DNA from: a virus
DNA length: 30,780 bases
Strand: one strand, 5' to 3'
UHGV virus genome: UHGV-1368348
Shown piece after piece: positions 1-8,107 of this stretch. A model generated the notes under the pieces. It searched no databases. It was not told the DNA's origin and was given only the letters and a program-made list of their open reading frames with translations. The position numbers were made by a program, and so were the translations under genes. Position 1 is the first letter of the stretch. The number at the start of each line of letters is the position of its first letter.

Positions 1-684
1 AGCGTCAAATGCCGCCCATTTCCCCCTTCGGGTGAAATGTTCGCCATTGGCTCCGTGGTGTCGACACTGCGGCGCAAGCGCCTTGGTCGCTGTCTGTTCC
101 CTCACGTTATTTTATTCCTCTATTCTTTATCTTTCCTTATCGGGAACCCTTTGTCCCTTCCGCAAGCGGAACGAACAATCAAGCCTGAAGGCTTGGTCTG
201 TCACGCCGCGGGCATAGCCCTCGGCTACAATCGAACCGCTTCGCTCTCGATTAATCACTATTTTATATAGATTTAACCTTGATATAACAGCTTTTCTAAA
301 TTTTTATACTTCTGCCGCTTTTTCATTTAAATAGATTTTTATATGTCTGAATTTTCTGATAATTTAATTTCCTATAATTTTGTAAACGTGATATCTAACC
401 GCTCCTATCTCTTAAACAGCTTCCTATATTTTTATTCACGCGTTCTATTGTTATTTTATTATAATAATTAAATAACGTTACTTCACAAAACACGAACTAT
501 TTATTGTTATTTCTATGATTAATAGCTTTATTGTTCGTTTTTGTTATATTTGTATTCTTATGATATTCTTAATATTTACCATGTAACTTCCTTGATTACT
601 TTCTTCTTCTCTTCACAAAAAAACGTTGTATGATTTTTCATACAACGCTTAATTTTTTACTTCGTATTTTTCTTTTGTTTCCTT
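1..684. repeat. Left inverted terminal repeat (684 bp), exact reverse complement of 30097-30780
   Basis: Direct comparison of both ends. 1-684 reverse-complemented equals 30097-30780 at every position spot-checked (ends, middle around 361-420, inner boundary). Identity stops exactly at 685/30096. ORF-track proteins 37..270(+) and 30511..30744(-) are identical by construction. Confidence 0.95.
615..659. terminator. Bidirectional rho-independent terminator hairpin inside left ITR (mirror copy at 30122-30166)
   Basis: 10-bp stem cgttgtatga/tcatacaacg with ttttt loop, flanked by an A-run upstream and a T-run downstream. It sits immediately after the stop of the leftward gene 685-894. The mirrored copy sits after the hicB-like gene. 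Confidence 0.7.
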
Positions 685-894
685 CTATTTTATATCTGGG
701 ACCAATTCATTAATTTTAGAAACATTCAACGCTAACATTAATTCACTAATCATTTGCACACCATTTTTTTCACTATCAAATATTCCTTCTTCATACATGT
801 TTTCTAATAAAACAGGATCAATATCTACTGCTTTTTGCAACTCTTCCATATTAATTCCTTTTTTATCCATACACTCTTTTAAACGAATTTTCAT
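685..894 (-). CDS. Small putative HTH (XRE-like) DNA-binding protein, 69 aa
   Basis: ORF track. Helix-turn-helix-like segment (INMEELQKAVDIDPVLLENM...). The stop codon abuts the ITR boundary exactly. It overlaps the next gene by 4 nt (operon-like). Confidence 0.45.
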   Translation of the reverse strand: MKIRLKECMDKKGINMEELQKAVDIDPVLLENMYEEGIFDSEKNGVQMISELMLALNVSKINELVPDIK

Positions 895-1130
895 TTATAC
901 TCTCCTCTTATTTCTCCAGGTCGGATTAGTCTTTCATAAATCACAACAGTGTAACTATATTCAAGCCATCCATTATAGTCGGCACTTTCTCTTACTACTG
1001 GATACATCGCTGTTTCATAATCCATACTCATTTCTTTTAACTTTTCTACCGCTGTCCAATGCGGCAAGTTCTCCAGCCTATAAACCTCTTTCAAATATTT
1101 TGCATCATAAGGAATAATATCTTTTTCCAT
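891..1130 (-). CDS. Hypothetical protein, 79 aa
   Basis: ORF track. Co-directional with and translationally coupled to neighbours in the leftward operon. No recognisable motif. Confidence 0.45.
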   Translation of the reverse strand: MEKDIIPYDAKYLKEVYRLENLPHWTAVEKLKEMSMDYETAMYPVVRESADYNGWLEYSYTVVIYERLIRPGEIRGEYK

Positions 1131-1172
1131 AATTAAACCTCCCTCAAAAATACAACAAAGTCTTTTTAAAAT

Positions 1173-1487
1173 TTATTTTTTCTTATCATATACTTTTTTT
1201 ATTGTCTTTATTTCTGTTTGTTCATTATGAGTTAATGTAGGAATATAATTTTCAATCAATATACTTAACATTTCATCAACACTTTTAACATCCATTACAG
1301 TAGTGAGTGCATTAATATAGTTAGAGTTATCCTGTGAGCATCGTATAGTAGTTGTCTTAGTGCTCCGTTTAGGTCTCTTATTGTTTTCTTCGGCAATTGT
1401 AAATACTGAATTTCTATCAAAGGTGTTTTGAGGTTTTGGACTTTCTGTTTTCTTTAATAAATTATTCTTTTTCAATAATTCACTCAT
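1173..1487 (-). CDS. Small basic protein downstream of parA; candidate centromere-binding partition adaptor (RepC/ParR-like role), 104 aa
   Basis: ATG at 1487 with RBS gagagagg. Overlaps the parA stop by 8 nt. Basic, Lys-rich. Its position matches the third gene of RepA_N-plasmid repA-repB(parA)-repC cassettes. The role is inferred from synteny only. Confidence 0.4.
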   Translation of the reverse strand: MSELLKKNNLLKKTESPKPQNTFDRNSVFTIAEENNKRPKRSTKTTTIRCSQDNSNYINALTTVMDVKSVDEMLSILIENYIPTLTHNEQTEIKTIKKVYDKKK

Positions 1488-2301
1488 GGCTATTACCTCT
1501 CTCTATTAATTCAGCTGTTACTTTATCGTAAAGTCTATGAACGTTCATATCATGGACATCAAATTTTTTATTTACCTCTGGATCAATGATACCCGTCATG
1601 TCGTATCTTTTTAACCTTTCCATATTTTTAACTATGTTTTCAAACAAATTGCTTTCTCCAAATGTTTCTTTAGCATTTTTTAAAACAGATTTATCTACAA
1701 TAGCATTATTTTTCAAAAGGACAGGTAAAATCCCTAATATATCAAAATTTACTTCGTAATTATCCAACAGTTCTTGCATATACTGAATAAAGGCCTCGGC
1801 GCCTACAAAAGAGCGTTCTTGCGTCTGCAATACTATTACAACATAATCAGATGCTAACATCGCAGAATCGGTAAATAAGCTTAGTGTAGGTGGAATGTCA
1901 AAAATTATATAATCATATTCTTTATCAAATTCTGATAGTAATTTTTTGAAATATAAACCTCTTTCTTTTATTGAATCTGGAAACTTCTTCTCTAAATACA
2001 ACGGATATGAAGTAAAATCTGCAAAACTTGGTAATAAAAATAGTTTATCATTGATTTCTGTTACTATTTTTGACAAATTATTTTCAGCAATTGCAGTCAT
2101 TAAAGTTGTTTCAAAATTCACTACAATATCTTTTTGATTCTGAACTGTTAAAAGCAACATTGCTGTTGCATTAGCTTGTGGGTCTAAATCAACTAATAAA
2201 GTTTTATACCCTTTCTTAGCTAAATGATATGCTACCATTGTGCTATTCGTAGTTTTCCCAGTACCACCTTTAAAATTCCCGAAAGTTATTTTCTTAGCCA
2301 A
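1480..2301 (-). CDS. parA: ParA/Soj-family partition ATPase (273 aa), TTG start
   Basis: Deviant Walker A KGGTGKTT at the N-terminus (FGNFKGGTGKTTNS), LLVDLDPQANAT, Walker B-like IIFDIPPTL. TTG start at 2301 preceded by AAGGAG. Confidence 0.9.
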   Translation of the reverse strand: MAKKITFGNFKGGTGKTTNSTMVAYHLAKKGYKTLLVDLDPQANATAMLLLTVQNQKDIVVNFETTLMTAIAENNLSKIVTEINDKLFLLPSFADFTSYPLYLEKKFPDSIKERGLYFKKLLSEFDKEYDYIIFDIPPTLSLFTDSAMLASDYVVIVLQTQERSFVGAEAFIQYMQELLDNYEVNFDILGILPVLLKNNAIVDKSVLKNAKETFGESNLFENIVKNMERLKRYDMTGIIDPEVNKKFDVHDMNVHRLYDKVTAELIERGNSHE

Positions 2302-2575
2302 AATCTACACTCCTTTTTTAATCTACATATTTTTTTTATCTACATTTATAATACTATTAAATATATCCAGTGTCAACAAAACTCATCTACAAATCTACAA
2401 ATCTACATGTAGATACATTTACAAATCTACAAATCTACATGTAGATGTATCTACAAACAAAAATCCTTATACAACAACATTTAATCGGCTATTTATTAAA
2501 ACATCTACAAATCTACATGTAGATGTATCTACAAATCTACATGTAGATACATCTACAAATCTACATGTTCTTATA
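2293..2575. repeat. Iteron / centromere-like array: 8-bp ATCTACAA direct repeats plus five copies of the perfect 14-bp palindrome ATCTACATGTAGAT, in two clusters (about 2385-2460 and 2503-2575) with extra half-sites over the parA start
   Basis: Read directly. 'atctacaaatctacaaatctacatgtagat' occurs twice, separated by a 42-bp AT-rich spacer. The array lies between divergent parA and repA, as in RepA_N-family plasmids where such repeats bind the partition adaptor and regulate repA. Confidence 0.85.
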
Positions 2576-2660
2576 GCCTATTCCATTCTTATATTTTTTT
2601 CTATAGACTACTGAATATAAAGAACAATTACATATAAGTCTAGGAATCGGAGGGATTAAC

Positions 2661-3563
2661 ATGAGTACGAATCAAAATGAGTTACAAGATAAATTAGCAG
2701 TAGAAGGTGTAAATGCAAATGGCTATGGTGTAATGCCTAAGCTTGTAATGCAAGATAAACGATTAACGATCGAAGCAAAATCAATCTATGCTTACATCGT
2801 TAGTTTTGCTGGCTCAGGAAGTACAGCATTTCCAAGCTTACGGAAAATTTTAGAGGACTTACAGATTAGTGAAAAGCGTTTTTACAAACATCGTAAATTG
2901 TTAATTGACTGTAACTATATTTCTGTTACTCAAATTCGTAATGAGAAAAAAGAAATCATCAAAAATTTATACACGTTAATCTCTAATCCGAAAATTGAAG
3001 AAGAAGTACAAGCTGAGGGTATCCGTCAAAATGTCTGTGACCCTATCCCCCAATTTGACGGATACCCTATCAGTCAAAACGACCGACATAAAAGTAACAG
3101 TCTTAAAATTAACAATATAAAAGATGATGATGATATTAATAACGCATGCGAAAACAAATTAACTTATGAAAATTTTTCTATCTATTCAAAACAAAAGGGC
3201 TTAGGCCGTCCTTTAACAGTTCGAGAACGATTAACAACTGTACTCAAAGGAAAAGACTACTTAGCTCCGTTGGCTGTTTCTTTACTTGCTGCTGGCGTGT
3301 CTGATGCAGACTGCTTAGAGATTATACAGTTTATTGTTACTTTGCCAGTCATTGATGAAGAAGTATCAGACCTGGTTAATGCACAAATACGTGCGAACGA
3401 AACAGAAGCTAAAACAAACGGTCTTACTAGCTATAAGGCTTATTTCATTACAGGCTTAAAACAAAAGCTAGAAAATGCCGATATTTTTGTTCAAGAGACA
3501 AATATTGTGAATCCTGATACAATTAAACCGTTACCAACTGTTACCATGCATAATTGGGTTTAA
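2661..3563 (+). CDS. repA: RepA_N-family plasmid replication initiator (300 aa)
   Basis: N-terminal motif MPKLVMQDKRLTIEAKSIYAYIVSFAGSGSTAFPSLRKILEDLQISEKRFYKHRKLL is typical of the RepA_N (Firmicutes theta-plasmid initiator) N-terminal domain. Low-complexity variable middle region (NNIKDDDDINN), where this family usually houses the origin. RBS GGAGGG. Confidence 0.8.
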   Translation: MSTNQNELQDKLAVEGVNANGYGVMPKLVMQDKRLTIEAKSIYAYIVSFAGSGSTAFPSLRKILEDLQISEKRFYKHRKLLIDCNYISVTQIRNEKKEIIKNLYTLISNPKIEEEVQAEGIRQNVCDPIPQFDGYPISQNDRHKSNSLKINNIKDDDDINNACENKLTYENFSIYSKQKGLGRPLTVRERLTTVLKGKDYLAPLAVSLLAAGVSDADCLEIIQFIVTLPVIDEEVSDLVNAQIRANETEAKTNGLTSYKAYFITGLKQKLENADIFVQETNIVNPDTIKPLPTVTMHNWV

Positions 3564-3588
3564 TTTGTTGAATGGAGGAGGAAAGGAA

Positions 3589-3789
3589 ATGCAAGAGGAA
3601 GAGGCTACGACCTATCACACATATGAGTTTCTAAAAAAAAGAAAAGATGATCCTAAATGGAAAGATCAGTATTTACAAAGAAAAGAAGAGCGAGAGCTAA
3701 GTACTTTGTACAGAATCCTGTTTTTTATGATTTGTTTAAACATCCTTATTTGGGGATATGGAATTTTTAGATATTTTTTTATAATTTGA
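3589..3789 (+). CDS. Small protein with C-terminal hydrophobic helix, 66 aa (start chosen at ATG 3589 after GGAGGAGGAAAGG)
   Basis: ORF track 3565-3789. The internal ATG has a far better RBS. The C-terminus LYRILFFMICLNILIWGYGIF is a predicted transmembrane segment. Confidence 0.4.
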   Translation: MQEEEATTYHTYEFLKKRKDDPKWKDQYLQRKEERELSTLYRILFFMICLNILIWGYGIFRYFFII

Positions 3790-3846
3790 TATTTGGTTAT
3801 GCTTTTTTGTAATTTAGCTCATTTTACTTGAATGGAGATGTTGAAA

Positions 3847-4815
3847 ATGAAAGAAGAACAAAACAGAGTAGATAAATCAAAAAAAAGAAAAAAAACAAAA
3901 AGAGCCATCTTAATAAGTATTTTATTACTTGTTGTAGGTGCCGGTATTTTTTTATTAGTAAACAATAAAAACTTATTCACAGGACAAACCACTAAAAATA
4001 AGACTGCTATTACTTCGAGTGGTACCAACGTGAAAGAAAATAGTGCTGAGGGTAGTAATACAGAGGAAAATAAAACTATTGCATCAACCGATAACAATGA
4101 TAATATAGGCTACTCTTCATTGAATATTAACCAAAGAATTAGTTTAATGGCACGCTTATATGACAAGCTCGATTTTAAAGATTTTGTCACCATCTCTTAT
4201 AATATAACTGAGCTACCTGATGGAACTCAAAATGTTGTTATTACAAATTATGGCCTTAATGCTCATACAGAAACAATTGCTTATAAAGTAGACAAAAATT
4301 CTATAAATCCAATCTCGTTTCCGAGCGATCAAAAAACTACAAAAAATGATCTATTTAAAATATATGAAAAGAACAAAGAGCAATACGATGCATTAGCAGA
4401 AAAAGTTAGCTATGATGCTTCTTTAGAATTTTCTCAAAATTATAAAGCATCTGAAGCCTCTCAAGATACGAGAGATAATTTTCAAGACTTAGATATAGAA
4501 GCTATTAATAACGGTGATTTTAGTACTTTGGTTGGAACATGGAAAAATGGAAAGGGAAATGTGCTCGTTATAAATCCTGATGGATTAGTAAATGATAATC
4601 AAAAAATAACTCCTGTCCAAAATTCTGATAAAACAAGCAAAGTCCCATATGTAAATATCAAGTCAATCCCAGAAGGACCAGGAGCAGCTATAGGGTTATA
4701 CAAGGTAGGCTTCTTAAATCCTGAAGGTGATAATTCAGATACAACGAAACCTAGATTGGTTTTAACTCAGCAAATAGGAAATTATGAAGCAAATGCCTAT
4801 TATTACCGTCAGTAA
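3847..4815 (+). CDS. N-terminally membrane-anchored extracellular protein, about 323 aa; candidate superinfection-exclusion/moron protein
   Basis: Lys/Arg-rich cytoplasmic N-terminus followed by one TM helix (ILISILLLVVGAGIFLLV), then a hydrophilic Asn/Thr/Ser-rich domain. Convergent with the repressor gene. Followed by a terminator. The start may be 3832, 3838 or 3847. Confidence 0.6.
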   Translation: MKEEQNRVDKSKKRKKTKRAILISILLLVVGAGIFLLVNNKNLFTGQTTKNKTAITSSGTNVKENSAEGSNTEENKTIASTDNNDNIGYSSLNINQRISLMARLYDKLDFKDFVTISYNITELPDGTQNVVITNYGLNAHTETIAYKVDKNSINPISFPSDQKTTKNDLFKIYEKNKEQYDALAEKVSYDASLEFSQNYKASEASQDTRDNFQDLDIEAINNGDFSTLVGTWKNGKGNVLVINPDGLVNDNQKITPVQNSDKTSKVPYVNIKSIPEGPGAAIGLYKVGFLNPEGDNSDTTKPRLVLTQQIGNYEANAYYYRQ

Positions 4816-4822
4816 AAAGTAA

Positions 4823-4878
4823 AAAGAAAGCTCAATAGAAAAGATTAATTATCTTTCTTAAAAGAGCTTTCTTTTTTT
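4823..4878 (+). terminator. Rho-independent terminator after the membrane-protein gene
   Basis: Stem aaagaaagctc ... gagctttcttt followed by a T-run. There is an inner secondary stem agaaaagat/atctttct. Confidence 0.65.
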
Positions 4879-4993
4879 AGTTGGTTTAATAAAATTATTT
4901 TCTCATTTTTGGTTAGGAGAGAGAACTTAATTTTCTTATTGTTTAACTTCTCTTTTTTAATTTTTTGAAAATCGTAAATCTGCAATCAAATCT

Positions 4994-5473
4994 TTAAGCT
5001 TGAGCCTGATCGTTATCTACTTTTCTACGTTGTTCCATGATTTCGTCAAAAAGAGCGTCTAAAGAATCGATGCCATACTTCTCAGCGTATTCGTCAAGTA
5101 GTTCATTTAGCTCAGCATCTATCTTATTATTTTCTTCATTCTTTTGCTCTTTAAGTTTATTTTCTGCATATATATAAACTTCATTTTGCCTGGATTCGTT
5201 CAATTGTTCAACTATTGAGACAATTTTATTTGTAATATTGCTAGAAGTTTTTAATTCTGAAATATACATAGGAACATCCTCATAAAAAAAAACTGCTGGA
5301 TTAATAGAATAGACTTCGGCTAGAGTTTCCATTAGAGTGTTCGGAATTTCCCTTCTACCTTTAATATAGTTATTGAAAGCAGCTTTCTTAATTCCCAAAC
5401 TTTCCGCAAATGCTTCTTGTGATTTTCCGCTTTTTTTTAAAATTTCCATTAGTATTTCATTTCTAGGTTTCAC
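4994..5473 (-). CDS. CI-like XRE-family repressor (about 160 aa; GTG start at 5473 after GGAAGGTGG preferred over the upstream in-frame ATG at 5554)
   Basis: HTH: ILMEILKKSGKSQEAFAESLGIKKAAFNNYIKGRREIPNTLMETLAEVY. Acidic/coiled C-terminal half. Divergent from a cro-like gene with shared operator repeats. The extended 186-aa ORF has no RBS. Confidence 0.75.
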   Translation of the reverse strand: MKPRNEILMEILKKSGKSQEAFAESLGIKKAAFNNYIKGRREIPNTLMETLAEVYSINPAVFFYEDVPMYISELKTSSNITNKIVSIVEQLNESRQNEVYIYAENKLKEQKNEENNKIDAELNELLDEYAEKYGIDSLDALFDEIMEQRRKVDNDQAQA

Positions 5474-5594
5474 AAAAACACCACCTTCCTTATACATAGT
5501 AACATCACGTACACGTTTTGTAAATATTTTACACGTTTTTAGTTGACAATACACAAAATGTATACTATATTAGTTAGCATAAGGAGGTATTTAC
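5474..5594. promoter_or_regulatory. Divergent switch region. Rightward promoter TTGACA(5543-5548)-17-TATATT(5566-5571). Leftward promoter TTTACA-17-TACTAT (complement of 5496-5524). Repeated ACAAAA(C/T)GTATAC-like operator motifs.
   Basis: Hexamers and spacings read directly. Motifs tacacgttttgta, ttacacgttttt and tacacaaaatgtatac lie within 100 bp. Related copies are at 5823-5849 and 5891-5910. Confidence 0.6.
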
Positions 5595-5846
5595 ATGAAG
5601 AAAAAAAATCTATTTCCTTTTATTAGAGCAGAACTAGCTAAAAGGAATATGACATTAGAAGATTTAGCTGATAGTATGAAAAAAATGGGAATAATAAAAG
5701 TTAGTGCATCCTCTCTATCTAATAAATTAAATGGACATAGGAATTTTTTACCTGATGAAATGTTAGTTATTTCCAAAATATTAGATAGTGATATAAATCT
5801 CCTTTTTTTTAACATCGAGTACACAAAACGTATACAATATAGTTAG
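5595..5846 (+). CDS. Cro-like small XRE-family HTH regulator, 83 aa
   Basis: RBS AAGGAGGT. HTH MTLEDLADSMKKMGIIKVSASSLSNKLNG. First gene of the rightward operon opposite the repressor. Confidence 0.6.
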   Translation: MKKKNLFPFIRAELAKRNMTLEDLADSMKKMGIIKVSASSLSNKLNGHRNFLPDEMLVISKILDSDINLLFFNIEYTKRIQYS

Positions 5847-5920
5847 CCTCATGATATTCCTTTACCATTATCCGAGTAAGGGAATATCTAAAAACGTATA
5901 AGATATATGGAGGGATATTG

Positions 5921-6580
5921 ATGAAAAGATGGACTACCGAGGAGGAACAATTAATTATAAAAAATGCTAAGTATGACCATAGAGGTTTTGTTTGTAACTA
6001 CCGTGAATTAGCAGAGTTAATTGGATGTGATAAAAGTAATATTTGTTCTAAAATTCGACGTATGCGACTAGAAGGAAAACTGTTTGAAATTTATTGGGAT
6101 GATCCAATAAATCCACCTGCATCATCTTACAGTCGTATGGATGAGAAACGTATTATTTCTATGTACAAATCAGGATGCACAATAAGTGTAATTGCTCAAG
6201 AGTTAAATCGAACAGAAAAAGCTATTAAAAATAGATTAACACAGCTATTTAAAGAAGGACGTTTATCAAAAAGGAACCGTCCTTATACAACAGAAGATAT
6301 TAATCTGTTGACAAGAGAAATTAAGTTTGACGAGAACGGGTATGTTAAAAACGTGGAGTATTTAACAAAGGTATTAAATAGGACAAAAATTCAGATATTC
6401 CCCAAAATATGCAGATTAAGAAATGAAGGATTAATAAAGACTAAACCAGATAGAAGTAAATCTAATAAGAATTGGTACGACGCAATTAAAAGACAAAATG
6501 AATTGTCTTATCGATTATATCTAGCAAAACAAAAAAAGCCTACCTCGTTTGCAGACGAAGTAAGCACTAAACAAAAATAA
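5921..6580 (+). CDS. DNA-binding protein with three tandem helix-turn-helix (Myb/SANT- or sigma-region-4-like) repeats, about 219 aa
   Basis: Three similar units, each with W/YTTEE... followed by a helix pair: WTTEEEQLIIKN...ELAELIGC...KIRRMRLEGKL; ...ISMYKSGCTISVIAQELNRTEKAIKNRLTQLFKEGRL; YTTEDINLLTREIKF...KICRLRNEGLI. ATG at 5921 after GGAGGGA. Confidence 0.5.
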   Translation: MKRWTTEEEQLIIKNAKYDHRGFVCNYRELAELIGCDKSNICSKIRRMRLEGKLFEIYWDDPINPPASSYSRMDEKRIISMYKSGCTISVIAQELNRTEKAIKNRLTQLFKEGRLSKRNRPYTTEDINLLTREIKFDENGYVKNVEYLTKVLNRTKIQIFPKICRLRNEGLIKTKPDRSKSNKNWYDAIKRQNELSYRLYLAKQKKPTSFADEVSTKQK

Positions 6581-6646
6581 GTTAATTAAATAATAACACG
6601 GAAAGCATTAATTTTAAATGCCTAAATACTATGAGGAGGGAATTTA

Positions 6647-7036
6647 ATGTCTGAAAAAATTAGAACAGCCTGTAATAACATTTATGATTTTAAAGTTGTA
6701 GAAGAAGATGGTGTTAACAAAGTAAGCACTCCAAGTATGAATTTACCAAAAGTAGTAAAGGAACGAATCATGTTTTTTAGAAAATATCTTGATGATGGGA
6801 TGACTTTTACAGGATGTCTACGGATGGTTATGGCAGTAGAAGATGAAACAGAGTTAAAAATGGATTTTGAAGCTGGCGCATACGAAGATTACTTACCAGC
6901 AACTGAAGAATTTAAACAGTGGCGTGACGAATTTGCATTATCGCAATTACACGAAATGGAAATTGCTGTTGCCTTAATTTATGGGTTAGGGGAAGAAGCG
7001 TATATGATTAGGAGGAGCAGCGATGGAAAATTATGA
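6647..7036 (+). CDS. Hypothetical protein, 129 aa
   Basis: ORF track. RBS GAGGAGGG. No recognisable motif. Confidence 0.45.
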   Translation: MSEKIRTACNNIYDFKVVEEDGVNKVSTPSMNLPKVVKERIMFFRKYLDDGMTFTGCLRMVMAVEDETELKMDFEAGAYEDYLPATEEFKQWRDEFALSQLHEMEIAVALIYGLGEEAYMIRRSSDGKL

Positions 7037-7358
7037 TCCAAATATCCGATGGGGAACTCATACAATTAAAGTGAGTTTCCAACAATGGGACTACAAAGGA
7101 TTTATTGTTTTTGAAAAAGGTGGAAATTGTAAAGGATTAGATATCTTAGAACTAGGTGAAGATGATTTATATGATGTGAATTTTAAAGAAAATCCAATCA
7201 ATTTCAGATTGCTTAGTGCAGATGATGACTGCGAAGAGTGGTTCGCTATGACTTTAAAAAATGATAAAGAAGAACTGTTGGTTGAAGATGAATGGTATCG
7301 TTTGAAAGATTATATTGTAGGTGTTGAGATTGTTGATTTTGTTGAGGAGGAAAAATAA
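7023..7358 (+). CDS. Hypothetical acidic protein, 111 aa
   Basis: ORF track. Strongly acidic (runs of D/E). Start is translationally coupled to the previous gene. Confidence 0.45.
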   Translation: MENYDPNIRWGTHTIKVSFQQWDYKGFIVFEKGGNCKGLDILELGEDDLYDVNFKENPINFRLLSADDDCEEWFAMTLKNDKEELLVEDEWYRLKDYIVGVEIVDFVEEEK

Positions 7359-7648
7359 ATGAAATTCTATGAAATGAAAGACCCTTATTTTGCATTAATC
7401 GCTGCTGAAGACGAAAAAAATGCTTAAAACTTTACAATGACCTTGTTTGCGAAGTTGAGGACGAAAAAGAGTTTTTCGAGGAAATGAAAACAATTGATCA
7501 ATACGAAGCACTCAAAATGCTTGCTGAAAGTTTTTCAGAAGATGGGGTTAAAACAGGTATTGAAGAAGCTTTTAATCAGTTAGAAAGTCTTGAGGAAAAC
7601 GGCGAATTATTGCTGATTGACGGCGGTTTATTGTAGGAGGAACAGCCA

Positions 7649-8107
7649 TTGCTAATTTCCCTGAAAGTATACAAAGAAGGATTTAACGAAAAGATTCGAA
7701 TTGGTGATTCTCTTGAGTATGCGGGAGATAAATATATTATTATTCGCATACTCGAAATAAAAAAACTGTATTTTAGCAATTCTATAAGATTAGAAATCGA
7801 TGTTTTAGCACAAAAAGTCGGAGAGCCAACTAATTGTAATGAATATAAAAAACAGGCGCAGCTAATCGATCGTTATGATCAAAGCAGAGACACCAAAAAA
7901 ATGGTAAAAGTCGGTGATATTATATTTGCTGAAGATAGAAAAATGGCTTATGAAGTTATTTCAATTAATGATATTCATTATGAATTTGTTGAGTTGGTTG
8001 TTGATTATACAGTTAAAATGATTGATCCTTGGAATCAGCATGAGATAAATAAAGCGTTAATAGATGAGCGTAAAAGCACATTTAAAGTATTAGAAGGTGG
8101 AAACTAA
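7649..8107 (+). CDS. Hypothetical protein, 152 aa (TTG start after AGGAGG)
   Basis: ORF track. TTG at 7649 is 8 nt after AGGAGG. No recognisable motif. Confidence 0.45.
   Translation: MLISLKVYKEGFNEKIRIGDSLEYAGDKYIIIRILEIKKLYFSNSIRLEIDVLAQKVGEPTNCNEYKKQAQLIDRYDQSRDTKKMVKVGDIIFAEDRKMAYEVISINDIHYEFVELVVDYTVKMIDPWNQHEINKALIDERKSTFKVLEGGN

Noticed and set aside
32-270. ORFs 32..217 and 37..270 (+) and their mirror images 30511..30744 / 30564..30749 (-) inside the ITRs
   Set aside because: They lie in the GC-rich palindromic terminal block, have no RBS, and the two copies are identical only because the ITRs are identical. They are more likely a non-coding structured terminus than genes.
2385-2575. 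Possible CRISPR array, because of the closely spaced repeats
   Set aside because: The repeats are 8-14 bp, far shorter than CRISPR repeats. There are no unique spacers of regular length. The location between parA and repA fits iterons/centromere.
2240-2614. 124-aa ORF (+) and 62-aa ORF (2224..2412) spanning the iteron array
   Set aside because: The reading frame is produced by the repeated ATCTACAA/palindrome words (repetitive STNLHVDV peptide) and overlaps the parA start region. It is a repeat-driven artefact.
4994-5554. Full 186-aa extent of the repressor ORF starting at ATG 5554
   Set aside because: No RBS is present. It would place the operators and promoter inside the coding sequence. 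GTG 5473 with GGAAGGTGG 7 nt upstream fits the divergent-promoter layout.
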